The notes under the pieces are model-generated. The model was not told the origin of the DNA. It did not search any database and was given only the letters and a program-made list of their open reading frames with translations. DNA of 15,169 nt from Breznakia sp. PF5-3 (GTDB lineage Bacteria; Bacillota_I; Bacilli_A; Erysipelotrichales; Erysipelotrichaceae): contig NZ_JAQFIQ010000052.1 in NCBI RefSeq assembly GCF_029504745.1, positions 1 through 15,169 of the forward strand. Direction: 5' to 3'. Positions within the stretch are counted from its first letter, which is position 1; the number at the start of each line of letters is the position of its first letter. This document shows positions 8,288 through 15,068 of the stretch, piece by piece. The position numbers and the translations under genes are program-made.

Positions 8288-9148
8288 TTGATTAAATTAT
8301 TTGTAAGCGATTTAGATGGAACTTTATTAAATGAAAATCATGAAGTATCACAAGCGAATATAGATGCAGTAAAAGAAATGAGAAAACATGGAATATCATT
8401 TTTACCTGCAAGCGGAAGAAGTTATTTAGGACTTCAAGCGGCTATATCTGCTTTGCATATTCATCCAAAATGTATTTGCTTGAATGGGGCAGAGTTTTAT
8501 GATAATGATGGAAATCGATTGATTTCAAACCCTATTTCAATTGAAAAGACAAAGGAAATCCAAGTTTTACTTAAAACCTTGGATTGTTATACAGATTATT
8601 ATTGTGAAGATGCTCATTATCTAGTGTATGGTGGCAATGATCTTGAAGCTTTTTTTCTAGAGCGTTTTGCCTTTTTGTTTTATGGAGAAAAATTAGATGA
8701 TCCAATTGAATTTTTAAAAGAAAATGAAGCTCTTGGGGAAACAAAGACAATTGCTAGAGATGAAGAAATATTGGATAAAACAATTTTAAAAATAGAATTG
8801 GTATTTAAAACGGATAAGGCTAAAGCTGCGGCATTAGAAAAGTTAAATGAAATTGATGATATAATTACAACATCTTCCCATGAATTAAATCTTGAGATTA
8901 ATTCAATTGAAGCAACAAAGGGTCATATGATTGAGCAAGTATGTGAAACTTATGGATATGATAAAGAGGAAGTTGTTGTTGTTGGCGATGGAATTAATGA
9001 TATTCCAATGCTAGAAAAATTTCCTAATTCTTATGCTATGGGACAGGCAAGTGATGTTGTTAAAAAGGCAGCAATGTTTGAAGCTGATTCAAATTCTAAT
9101 GATGGAGTAGCTAAGTTGATACACGAAATTATTGCAAATAATAAATAA
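8288..9148 (+). CDS. HAD-superfamily hydrolase, Cof-type (subfamily IIB) sugar/phospho-metabolite phosphatase; substrate unknown
   Basis: HAD motifs are present: I DLDGTLL, II ASGRS and IV GDGINDIPM, with a large cap insertion. It starts at TTG 8288, with GGGGGAG 8 nt upstream. It lies 11 nt after hisK with no terminator in between. Confidence 0.85.
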   Translation: MIKLFVSDLDGTLLNENHEVSQANIDAVKEMRKHGISFLPASGRSYLGLQAAISALHIHPKCICLNGAEFYDNDGNRLISNPISIEKTKEIQVLLKTLDCYTDYYCEDAHYLVYGGNDLEAFFLERFAFLFYGEKLDDPIEFLKENEALGETKTIARDEEILDKTILKIELVFKTDKAKAAALEKLNEIDDIITTSSHELNLEINSIEATKGHMIEQVCETYGYDKEEVVVVGDGINDIPMLEKFPNSYAMGQASDVVKKAAMFEADSNSNDGVAKLIHEIIANNK

Positions 9149-9156
9149 GAGAAAGT

Positions 9157-9184
9157 ACTGATTCAAAAAGAGTCAGTTTTTTTA
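9157..9184 (+). terminator. Rho-independent terminator of the his-HAD transcription unit
   Basis: An 8-bp stem ACTGATTC / GAGTCAGT (one G-U pair) with loop AAAAA is followed by T7 (9177-9183), starting 9 nt after the stop codon. Confidence 0.75.
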
Positions 9185-9207
9185 TTAATGGGAATATTTT
9201 ATTTTTG

Positions 9208-9236
9208 TTGACGCTGGTTATGACCAGTGGTATGGT
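9208..9236 (+). promoter_or_regulatory. Candidate sigma-A promoter of the SIS gene with an embedded palindromic operator
   Basis: The -35 is TTGACG (9208-9213). A 17-nt spacer precedes an extended -10, TGG-TATGGT (9228-9236). The spacer contains the inverted repeat CTGGT-TATG-ACCAG (9214-9227). The predicted start would fall right at the SD (9243-9249), so the leader would be very short. Confidence 0.4.
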
Positions 9237-9254
9237 GTATGTAAGGAGGCGATT

Positions 9255-9992
9255 ATGAAAAAACGATATGAGGAATTTGCAGACATTATGAAAGAGCAGT
9301 TGAATCAAGCTTTACAACAAGAAGATATTTTAGATCAAGCTAGTGAAATTATGAGTGATACGGTTGCCACAGGTGGAGTGATTCATGTTTTTGGATGTGG
9401 ACATTCGCAAATGTTTGGTGAGGAATTATGCTTTCGTACAGGCGGATTGGTACCAGTCAATGCCATTATGATACCTCAATATAATATTTATCCCAATGTG
9501 AAATTATCACAGATTATGGAACGCCAAGAAGGGGTAGCACAGGGTGTGTTGGATTCTATGGTGACAACACCAAAGGATACGATGATTATTGTATCTGTTT
9601 CTGGTCGTAATGCAGCAGGAATTGATATGGCGATTGCTGCACATGATAAAGGTATGAAGGTAATTGGAGTGACCTCTTTAAATTATTCTAATCAAGTAAC
9701 TTCAAGACATAGTAGTAAGAAGTTGCTTAAAGATGTTAGTGATGTAGTTATTGATATTTGTGGAGTAAAAGGCGACTCTGTTTTAGAAGATAGTAGAGTT
9801 AGTGAGAAGTTTTGTTCTACTTCTACTGTTGTGGCTATGAGTATTCTTGTAGGAATTGTTGGTGAAGTTATTGTAAAACTTGCTGATAGAGGTATTAATC
9901 CTCCAATTTGGGTAAGTGGGAACCTAGATCGAGGAGATAAAATAAACGAAGAATACATTAAACAATATAAAGGAAAAGTTAGTATCTTATAA
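9255..9992 (+). CDS. SIS (sugar isomerase/phosphosugar-binding) domain protein, UPF0309-like
   Basis: 245 aa with GGVIHVFGCGHSQMFGEE, VSVSGRNAAGIDMA and a Rossmann-like SIS pattern. SD AAGGAGG lies upstream. Confidence 0.8.
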   Translation: MKKRYEEFADIMKEQLNQALQQEDILDQASEIMSDTVATGGVIHVFGCGHSQMFGEELCFRTGGLVPVNAIMIPQYNIYPNVKLSQIMERQEGVAQGVLDSMVTTPKDTMIIVSVSGRNAAGIDMAIAAHDKGMKVIGVTSLNYSNQVTSRHSSKKLLKDVSDVVIDICGVKGDSVLEDSRVSEKFCSTSTVVAMSILVGIVGEVIVKLADRGINPPIWVSGNLDRGDKINEEYIKQYKGKVSIL

Positions 9993-9994
9993 AA

Positions 9995-10029
9995 AAAGGA
10001 ATTTTGAACCATTGGTTCAAAGTTCCTTT
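9995..10029. terminator. Bidirectional intrinsic terminator shared by convergent genes
   Basis: AAAGGAATTTTGAACC-ATT-GGTTCAAAGTTCCTTT forms a ~14-bp stem with one mismatch. It has an A-run on the left and a T-rich tract on the right, so it works in both directions. The right arm abuts the stop codon (10029-10031) of the minus-strand gene. Confidence 0.7.
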
Positions 10030-10904
10030 CATTTTTCCCAACGTCCATAAATTCCACAAGGCAGGGTGTTTTTTGTCTTTGTAATTGGTAAGCCAATCTC
10101 TCCACAGGTAATTGTGCCGTGTTTCATTTTTTTATATACACTTGTTTGTAAAACATTATGTAATACGGTTGCACTAAATCCTGTTGTATAAGAGTTTACT
10201 AAAAAGAAAATAGCATCATCACTTAATATATCTAAACATGCGTCAATAAGTGGATATAATTGCTCTTCAATTTTCCAAATTTCTCCATTAGGACCACGTC
10301 CATAACTAGGAGGGTCCATAATGATTGCATGATATGTACGACCTCTTCGTTTTTCTCGTAAGACGAATTTTAAGACATCATCGACGATGAAACGTATTTT
10401 TTTGTGCGTCAATTTTGAAAGTTGCATATTTTCTTTCGCCCATTGCACCATTCCTTTACTAGCATCAACATGTACGACTTCTTCAGCTCCTGCACTAGCA
10501 CAAGCCATTGTCGCACCACCAGTATAGGCAAAAAGATTTAAAACCCTTATATCATTGCGATTTGAAGCTTTGATTTTATCCATCATATAGTCCCAGTTTG
10601 CAGCCTGTTCAGGGAATAAGCCAGTATGTTTAAAACCAGTAGGTGACACTTTAAATGTCAAATGACCATAGTCGATAGTCCAATACTCTGGTATTTTTTT
10701 ATGAAATTCCCAATGACCTCCACCAGATGTAGAACGATGATAATGTGCATGACATTCTTTCCAATTGTTATCAGCTTTATCAATTGGCCAAATAATTTGA
10801 GGATCAGGGCGACGAAGAACAATATTTTTCCATCGCTCTAGTTTTTCTCCATTTCCACAATCGATACATTCATAGTCTTTCCAATTTGTTGCAACTTGAT
10901 TCAT
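10029..10904 (-). CDS. Class I SAM-dependent methyltransferase, RlmI/RlmK-type (PF10672-like) rRNA methyltransferase core
   Basis: 291 aa with FKHTGLFPEQ, motif I VLNLFAYTGG, an HVDAS region, and motif IV IIMDPPSYGRG. SD GGAGA lies upstream. No PUA domain is recognisable. Confidence 0.8.
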   Translation of the reverse strand: MNQVATNWKDYECIDCGNGEKLERWKNIVLRRPDPQIIWPIDKADNNWKECHAHYHRSTSGGGHWEFHKKIPEYWTIDYGHLTFKVSPTGFKHTGLFPEQAANWDYMMDKIKASNRNDIRVLNLFAYTGGATMACASAGAEEVVHVDASKGMVQWAKENMQLSKLTHKKIRFIVDDVLKFVLREKRRGRTYHAIIMDPPSYGRGPNGEIWKIEEQLYPLIDACLDILSDDAIFFLVNSYTTGFSATVLHNVLQTSVYKKMKHGTITCGEIGLPITKTKNTLPCGIYGRWEK

Positions 10905-10927
10905 ATTTTGTCTCCTAAACTCTCATT

Positions 10928-10956
10928 ATTATAACACATATAAAAAAAGATAAGAA
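10928..10956 (-). promoter_or_regulatory. Candidate promoter of the methyltransferase gene (extended -10)
   Basis: On the minus strand there is TGT-TATAAT (+ coords 10928-10936), a 17-nt spacer, and a weak -35 TTCTTA (10951-10956). Confidence 0.4.
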
Positions 10957-10978
10957 ATATCTATATTTATGATATAAT
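10950..10978 (+). promoter_or_regulatory. Candidate promoter of the lipoprotein gene (extended -10)
   Basis: TGA-TATAAT lies at 10970-10978. The -35 (ATAAGA, 10950-10955) is poor and overlaps the -35 of the divergent promoter. Confidence 0.4.
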
Positions 10979-11012
10979 GATAAGTACATGATGAAAATAC
11001 ATGGAGGATTTT

Positions 11013-11648
11013 ATGAGAAAAATAACAATAGTATTCATGACGTCATTGCTTTTCTTTTTAGCTTCATGCGGTGGCAACAAAGATGATGAAGTAAAGAAAA
11101 CAGAAATTAAGATAGATAAAAATGAGGTTTATACACCACCAAAAAATCCTACAGATTATCAAGCAGAAACATATAATGCTTTGACTAAAGCTTTAAAAAA
11201 GAATAATGAGGAAGCAGTTGCTAAACTTGTAGCTGAAAACTTCACAGCTGATTTCTTCACTTTGAAAAATAAGGAAAGTGCAGAGGATGTTGGTGGACTG
11301 ACATATTTTCCTGCAACACGACAAGAAGAATTCAAAACATTTGCAATGAATTATGTATATTCAAATTATCAATTAATTAAAGATGATTATGGAAAATCGA
11401 GTTTGCCTGTCGTAGAGGAAGTTAAAGTAGGTAACGTAAGCAAAGAAACAATAACATATAAAAATATTATTCCAAGTGAAGATGAAAATGTAGAAGATCA
11501 AGTTGAAGAAAATGAATATGAAGGATATGTAATTAACATTACGATATCTTATGAATCAACAGATGTTCCTGATAAAGACTTAAAGAAAGAAGCTGTCATT
11601 TATGTAATTAAACTAGATGAGCGACTTGTGATTATAAAGTTAGATTAA
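11013..11648 (+). CDS. Lipoprotein of unknown function
   Basis: The signal peptide MRKITIVFMTSLLFFLASC carries the lipobox L-A-S-C (Cys codon 11067-11069). The mature part has an acidic patch (EDENVEDQVEENEYE), and I recognise no family motif. The ORF track starts at ATG 11001, but GGAGGA (11003-11008) sits inside that codon run and serves ATG 11013. Confidence 0.75.
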   Translation: MRKITIVFMTSLLFFLASCGGNKDDEVKKTEIKIDKNEVYTPPKNPTDYQAETYNALTKALKKNNEEAVAKLVAENFTADFFTLKNKESAEDVGGLTYFPATRQEEFKTFAMNYVYSNYQLIKDDYGKSSLPVVEEVKVGNVSKETITYKNIIPSEDENVEDQVEENEYEGYVINITISYESTDVPDKDLKKEAVIYVIKLDERLVIIKLD

Positions 11649-11659
11649 AATTTGTGATA

Positions 11660-11697
11660 AAGGCCCCTTCTTTAGTATTAAAGGGGCTTTCTTTGAA
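11660..11697 (+). terminator. Rho-independent terminator of the lipoprotein gene
   Basis: A GC-rich stem GCCCCTT (11663-11669) / AAGGGGC (11681-11687), extendable by A-T/G-U pairs, is followed by TTTCTTT. Confidence 0.7.
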
Positions 11698-11713
11698 TTC
11701 TTTATGAAAGCGG

Positions 11714-11742
11714 TTGCAATGACTTCTGATAAATGTTACTAT
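11714..11742 (+). promoter_or_regulatory. Candidate sigma-A promoter in the lipoprotein / 5'-nucleotidase intergenic region
   Basis: The -35 is TTGCAA (11714-11719). A 17-nt spacer precedes the extended -10 TGT-TACTAT (11734-11742). Confidence 0.4.
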
Positions 11743-11779
11743 ATGTTCGTTAAAGGATAGTGATTGTATTTTACAAGCT

Positions 11780-11836
11780 AAACCTATTTACGTATGAAAA
11801 CATAGATTTTTCATATTGTAGATAGGTTTTTATTTT
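11780..11836 (+). terminator. Two-tier AT-rich hairpin plus T-run (terminator/attenuator-like)
   Basis: The outer stem is AAACCTAT (11780-11787) / ATAGGTTT (11822-11829). The inner stem is TATGAAAA (11793-11800) / TTTTCATA (11808-11815). Both are 8 perfect bp, followed by TTTTTATTTT (11827-11836). Confidence 0.35.
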
Positions 11837-11960
11837 GAAACTAATAAAGAATGCAAGTTAATTTGTAGTTTTTATAGTGCTCAAAATAGCTTTATAAAAA
11901 ATAGGAGGTGAAAAAAAGCGAATTATAATATAGTTTTTCAGTTAATTTTAGGGAGGAAAT

Positions 11961-13667
11961 ATGAGAAATAAAATTAAAAAGATTGTATTATCATTATTTG
12001 TAATTGTTACTGCTATTTTTGCAGGAAGTATAAATGTAACGGCAGATACAAATGAAGATTATGATGAAAAAGTAACGATTGTACATACGAATGATGTACA
12101 TGGGTATGTAGCTATTGAAGCAAAAGTAAAAGGATATATGAACACACTTGATGTGAATCAACAACGTACACTTGTCTCTGCAGGAGACATGTATATGGGA
12201 AGTGTATTTGCAAACCTTAATAAAGGTGAAGATGTTGTACGGGTTATGAATGCAATGGGATATGAAATGATGACATTAGGGAATCATGAATTTGCTATGG
12301 ATTATACACAATTAAGAAAAGTAATCCAACAATCAAATTTTCCTGTTTTAGGAGGAAATGCACAAGCTGACTTATTGGATGCTATTCCCGAAGTAGGTGA
12401 TTATGTAATTAAAACATACAATGCAGGAAATAGTAAGCAAGTAAAAGTTGCATATCTTGGAATAACGACAACTTATAAAGCAGAAGGATTTGGCCCTAAG
12501 ATGGTCCAACAAGCAAATGCAATGCGTTCTGCTGCAGAAGATGAAGGAGCAACCATTTTTATAGCTGTAACTCACTTAGGGGTTACAGATAGCAATAAAG
12601 AACTGACAAGTTACTACTTAGCGGAAGAATGTCCATGGTTAACTGCAATTATTGATGGTCATTCACATTCCATTGTTAATGAAAAATATAAAGGTGTTAT
12701 GATTGCACAAACGGGAGGAGAAGGAGCTGGTTTTGGTGTCATGAATCTATATTTTAAAGATGGGAAATTAGTAGATATTGATTCTGAAACAATTAATAAA
12801 GATAATGGCTTAGCGGATATCCAAGATGATCCTACCATCGCTGCTCTCATTGCTCAAATCAATGAAGAACATAAACCAATTCTTAGTCAGGAAATATTTA
12901 TGAATCCGGTATTCTTAAGTGGTACTAGAGAAGTAGTAAGGGCAAGTGAAACTAATTTAGGGAATATTGTTTCTGATGCATACTTAGGGGCAGCAGGAAG
13001 TGATGCAGTGATTGGTTTTGCACCTTCGGTTACAATCCGTCAAGATTTGCAACCTGGACCTGTGAGTTTAGGGGATATTTATAATACTTTAGGATCAGAA
13101 CAACGCTTATTATCATTTGAAATGAGTGGCGCCCAAATCTGGAAAGCAATGGAAAACTGTGTAGAAAGTTGGCCAGAGAAAACCAATGCCTTTCAACAAT
13201 TTTCTGGAATGCATGTGAAGTTTGACCCAAATAATGAAGTAGGCAGTCGTATTGTCGAAATAACATTAAAAGATGGAAGTGTAATGGATTTATCAAAAAC
13301 ATATCGAGTAGTAACACGAGAAGATCTATTAATGCACTTCTTAAATGATGAAGAACAAGCGCAAACTACATTTAAGGAACATGGATATGTATATCCAACG
13401 TTCATTGCATATGCACAAGCAAATGCAGCAACATTTAAAGCTGAAAAAGAAGGACGCTTAGAAATTGTAGATAGTAAAAAAACAGATCCAGATAAAAAGC
13501 CAAAACCGAAACCAAGGCCAACAGGGGATAATGATAATAAAAAGGTGGCGAGTTTAGAAGGAAAGCCAAGTACAGGGGATACAAACAATATCCAATGGTT
13601 ATGGGGATTAGCTGCAATATCATTATGTGTAATTCTTATTACGAAACGCAGTTCATCAAAACAATAG
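11961..13667 (+). CDS. Secreted, cell-wall-anchored 5'-nucleotidase / 2',3'-cyclic-nucleotide phosphodiesterase-family metallophosphoesterase
   Basis: 568 aa with an N-terminal signal peptide. Calcineurin-like motifs HTNDVHG, GDMYMGS, GNHEF, THLG and GHSH are present, followed by a 5'-nucleotidase C-terminal substrate domain. The C-terminus has a K/P-rich linker, a KPSTGD motif, a hydrophobic segment and a KRSSSKQ tail. SD GGGAGGA lies upstream. Confidence 0.85.
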   Translation: MRNKIKKIVLSLFVIVTAIFAGSINVTADTNEDYDEKVTIVHTNDVHGYVAIEAKVKGYMNTLDVNQQRTLVSAGDMYMGSVFANLNKGEDVVRVMNAMGYEMMTLGNHEFAMDYTQLRKVIQQSNFPVLGGNAQADLLDAIPEVGDYVIKTYNAGNSKQVKVAYLGITTTYKAEGFGPKMVQQANAMRSAAEDEGATIFIAVTHLGVTDSNKELTSYYLAEECPWLTAIIDGHSHSIVNEKYKGVMIAQTGGEGAGFGVMNLYFKDGKLVDIDSETINKDNGLADIQDDPTIAALIAQINEEHKPILSQEIFMNPVFLSGTREVVRASETNLGNIVSDAYLGAAGSDAVIGFAPSVTIRQDLQPGPVSLGDIYNTLGSEQRLLSFEMSGAQIWKAMENCVESWPEKTNAFQQFSGMHVKFDPNNEVGSRIVEITLKDGSVMDLSKTYRVVTREDLLMHFLNDEEQAQTTFKEHGYVYPTFIAYAQANAATFKAEKEGRLEIVDSKKTDPDKKPKPKPRPTGDNDNKKVASLEGKPSTGDTNNIQWLWGLAAISLCVILITKRSSSKQ

Positions 13668-13673
13668 TAAAAG

Positions 13674-13699
13674 AAAAGCTAACATTATGTTAGCTTTTT
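13674..13699. terminator. Bidirectional intrinsic terminator between convergent genes
   Basis: AAAAGCTAAC-ATTAT-GTTAGCTTTT has a perfect stem flanked by an A-run and a T-run. It overlaps the stop codon (13698-13700) of the minus-strand reductase gene. Confidence 0.75.
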
Positions 13700-14540
13700 A
13701 AAATTCAATAGTATCAGGATTTTTGTTTGAACTGACATCATCATATGCTAAATTATCAATATAAGCGATATCATTATCATCTAAGGTGAAATCAAAAACT
13801 TGGATATTTTGCTTAATTCGTTTAGCATTTGTCGAACGTGGAAGTGGTAAATATCCTTTTTGTAATTGCCAACGTAGAATAATTTGAGCAACACTACAGT
13901 TATATTTGTCAGCAATGTCTCTTAATTCCAACTTATCTAATAGTTTAGCTCTTCCTAAAGGGCTATAAGCTTCAATCAAAATATTTTTTTGTCGACAATA
14001 GTGCACAATATTATTTTGTAGTAAACCAGGATGTAGTTCAATTTGATTTACCATAGGGATTATTTTACACGTTTCTAATAATGCATCTAAGTGATGTTCC
14101 ATAAAATTAGAAACACCAATTGCACGGATTTTCCCTTGATTGTATAAATCTTCCATTGCACGATAAGACTCAGCATTCATTTGCTTCCAATTTGTACGGT
14201 ATTTTACAGGGTTTGGCCAATGAATTAAATATAAGTCTATATAATCAATACCCAATTTCGCTATTGAGGTTTCAAAGGCTTGTATCGTTTCATCATAACC
14301 TCTTACATCATTCCATAATTTTGTTGTGATAAAGATGTCTTCTCTTTTTATTGAACTTTGTTTTAGTGCTTCTCCTATAAATGCTTCGTTTTTATAAATA
14401 GCCGCCGTATCAATGTGACGATACCCACTTTCTAATGCAGCGGTTACGGCTGCAACACAGATATCATGTTCGTCTAGTGTCCATGTACCAAAGCCAATGC
14501 TAGGTATGGAAATATTATTTGCTAACATATAGTCCTTCAT
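13698..14540 (-). CDS. Aldo/keto reductase (2,5-diketo-D-gluconate / glyoxal reductase-like, AKR)
   Basis: 280 aa with the AKR catalytic tetrad context (HIDTAAIYKNE, TKLWN, LIHWP) and GVSNF. SD GGAGGC lies upstream. It is separated by a 15-nt gap from the upstream nitroreductase gene. Confidence 0.9.
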   Translation of the reverse strand: MKDYMLANNISIPSIGFGTWTLDEHDICVAAVTAALESGYRHIDTAAIYKNEAFIGEALKQSSIKREDIFITTKLWNDVRGYDETIQAFETSIAKLGIDYIDLYLIHWPNPVKYRTNWKQMNAESYRAMEDLYNQGKIRAIGVSNFMEHHLDALLETCKIIPMVNQIELHPGLLQNNIVHYCRQKNILIEAYSPLGRAKLLDKLELRDIADKYNCSVAQIILRWQLQKGYLPLPRSTNAKRIKQNIQVFDFTLDDNDIAYIDNLAYDDVSSNKNPDTIEF

Positions 14541-14555
14541 TGAGATGCCTCCTTT

Positions 14556-15068
14556 TTAATATTTGTTCCAGTGAACGATTTCTTTTATCTCTCTTCTAGG
14601 GCGTTTTTGAAATGCTTCACTTGTATAACCAAGTGGTGTCATTGCTACAATTCGAAGATGCTCTGGAATATGTAGAATCTTTTTTATCTTTTGTTCAGGG
14701 AAGACGCCAACCCAACAAGTACCCAAACCTAAAGAAGTTGCTTCTAAGATGCTGTGTTCAATTGCAATGGCACTATCACACATATAATAAGGTTTATCAT
14801 CTCGAAGACCACTTTTAGTAGGATCTGCAATAAAAACCAATAAGTGACTTGCTTTTTTATATGCAGATTCACTAGGGTTGAAATTCGCTAGTTCACCAAT
14901 TTCTAATTGTAAATCCTTATTATCAATACAAATGATTTCAAAGCATTGTTTGTTTTTCCAAGTAGGAGATAATTGCGCAGCAATCAACACCTTCTCCAAT
15001 AATTCATTCTCCACTTGTTTGTCCGTATACTCTCTTGCACTAAATCTTTTATTTATAACATCTAACAT
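14556..15068 (-). CDS. Nitroreductase-family FMN oxidoreductase
   Basis: 170 aa with the N-terminal RFSAREY motif, the QLSPTWKNKQ region and the GLGTCWVG motif typical of the nitroreductase fold. SD AGGAGG (+ coords 15075-15080) lies upstream. Confidence 0.85.
   Translation of the reverse strand: MLDVINKRFSAREYTDKQVENELLEKVLIAAQLSPTWKNKQCFEIICIDNKDLQLEIGELANFNPSESAYKKASHLLVFIADPTKSGLRDDKPYYMCDSAIAIEHSILEATSLGLGTCWVGVFPEQKIKKILHIPEHLRIVAMTPLGYTSEAFQKRPRREIKEIVHWNKY

Noticed and set aside
11704-11760. An 18-codon mini-ORF (MKAVAMTSDKCYYMFVKG) in the long intergenic region.
   Set aside because: There is no SD upstream, and it overlaps the candidate promoter. I see no reason to believe it is translated.
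11903-11928. An orphan perfect SD-like AGGAGGTG (11903-11910) about 50 nt upstream of the real nucleotidase RBS, with a possible GTG-initiated 6-codon ORF.
   Set aside because: The GTG is part of the SD itself, so there is no spacer, and no other start codon lies 5-10 nt downstream. It could be a standby or pause site, but this is unsupported from sequence alone.
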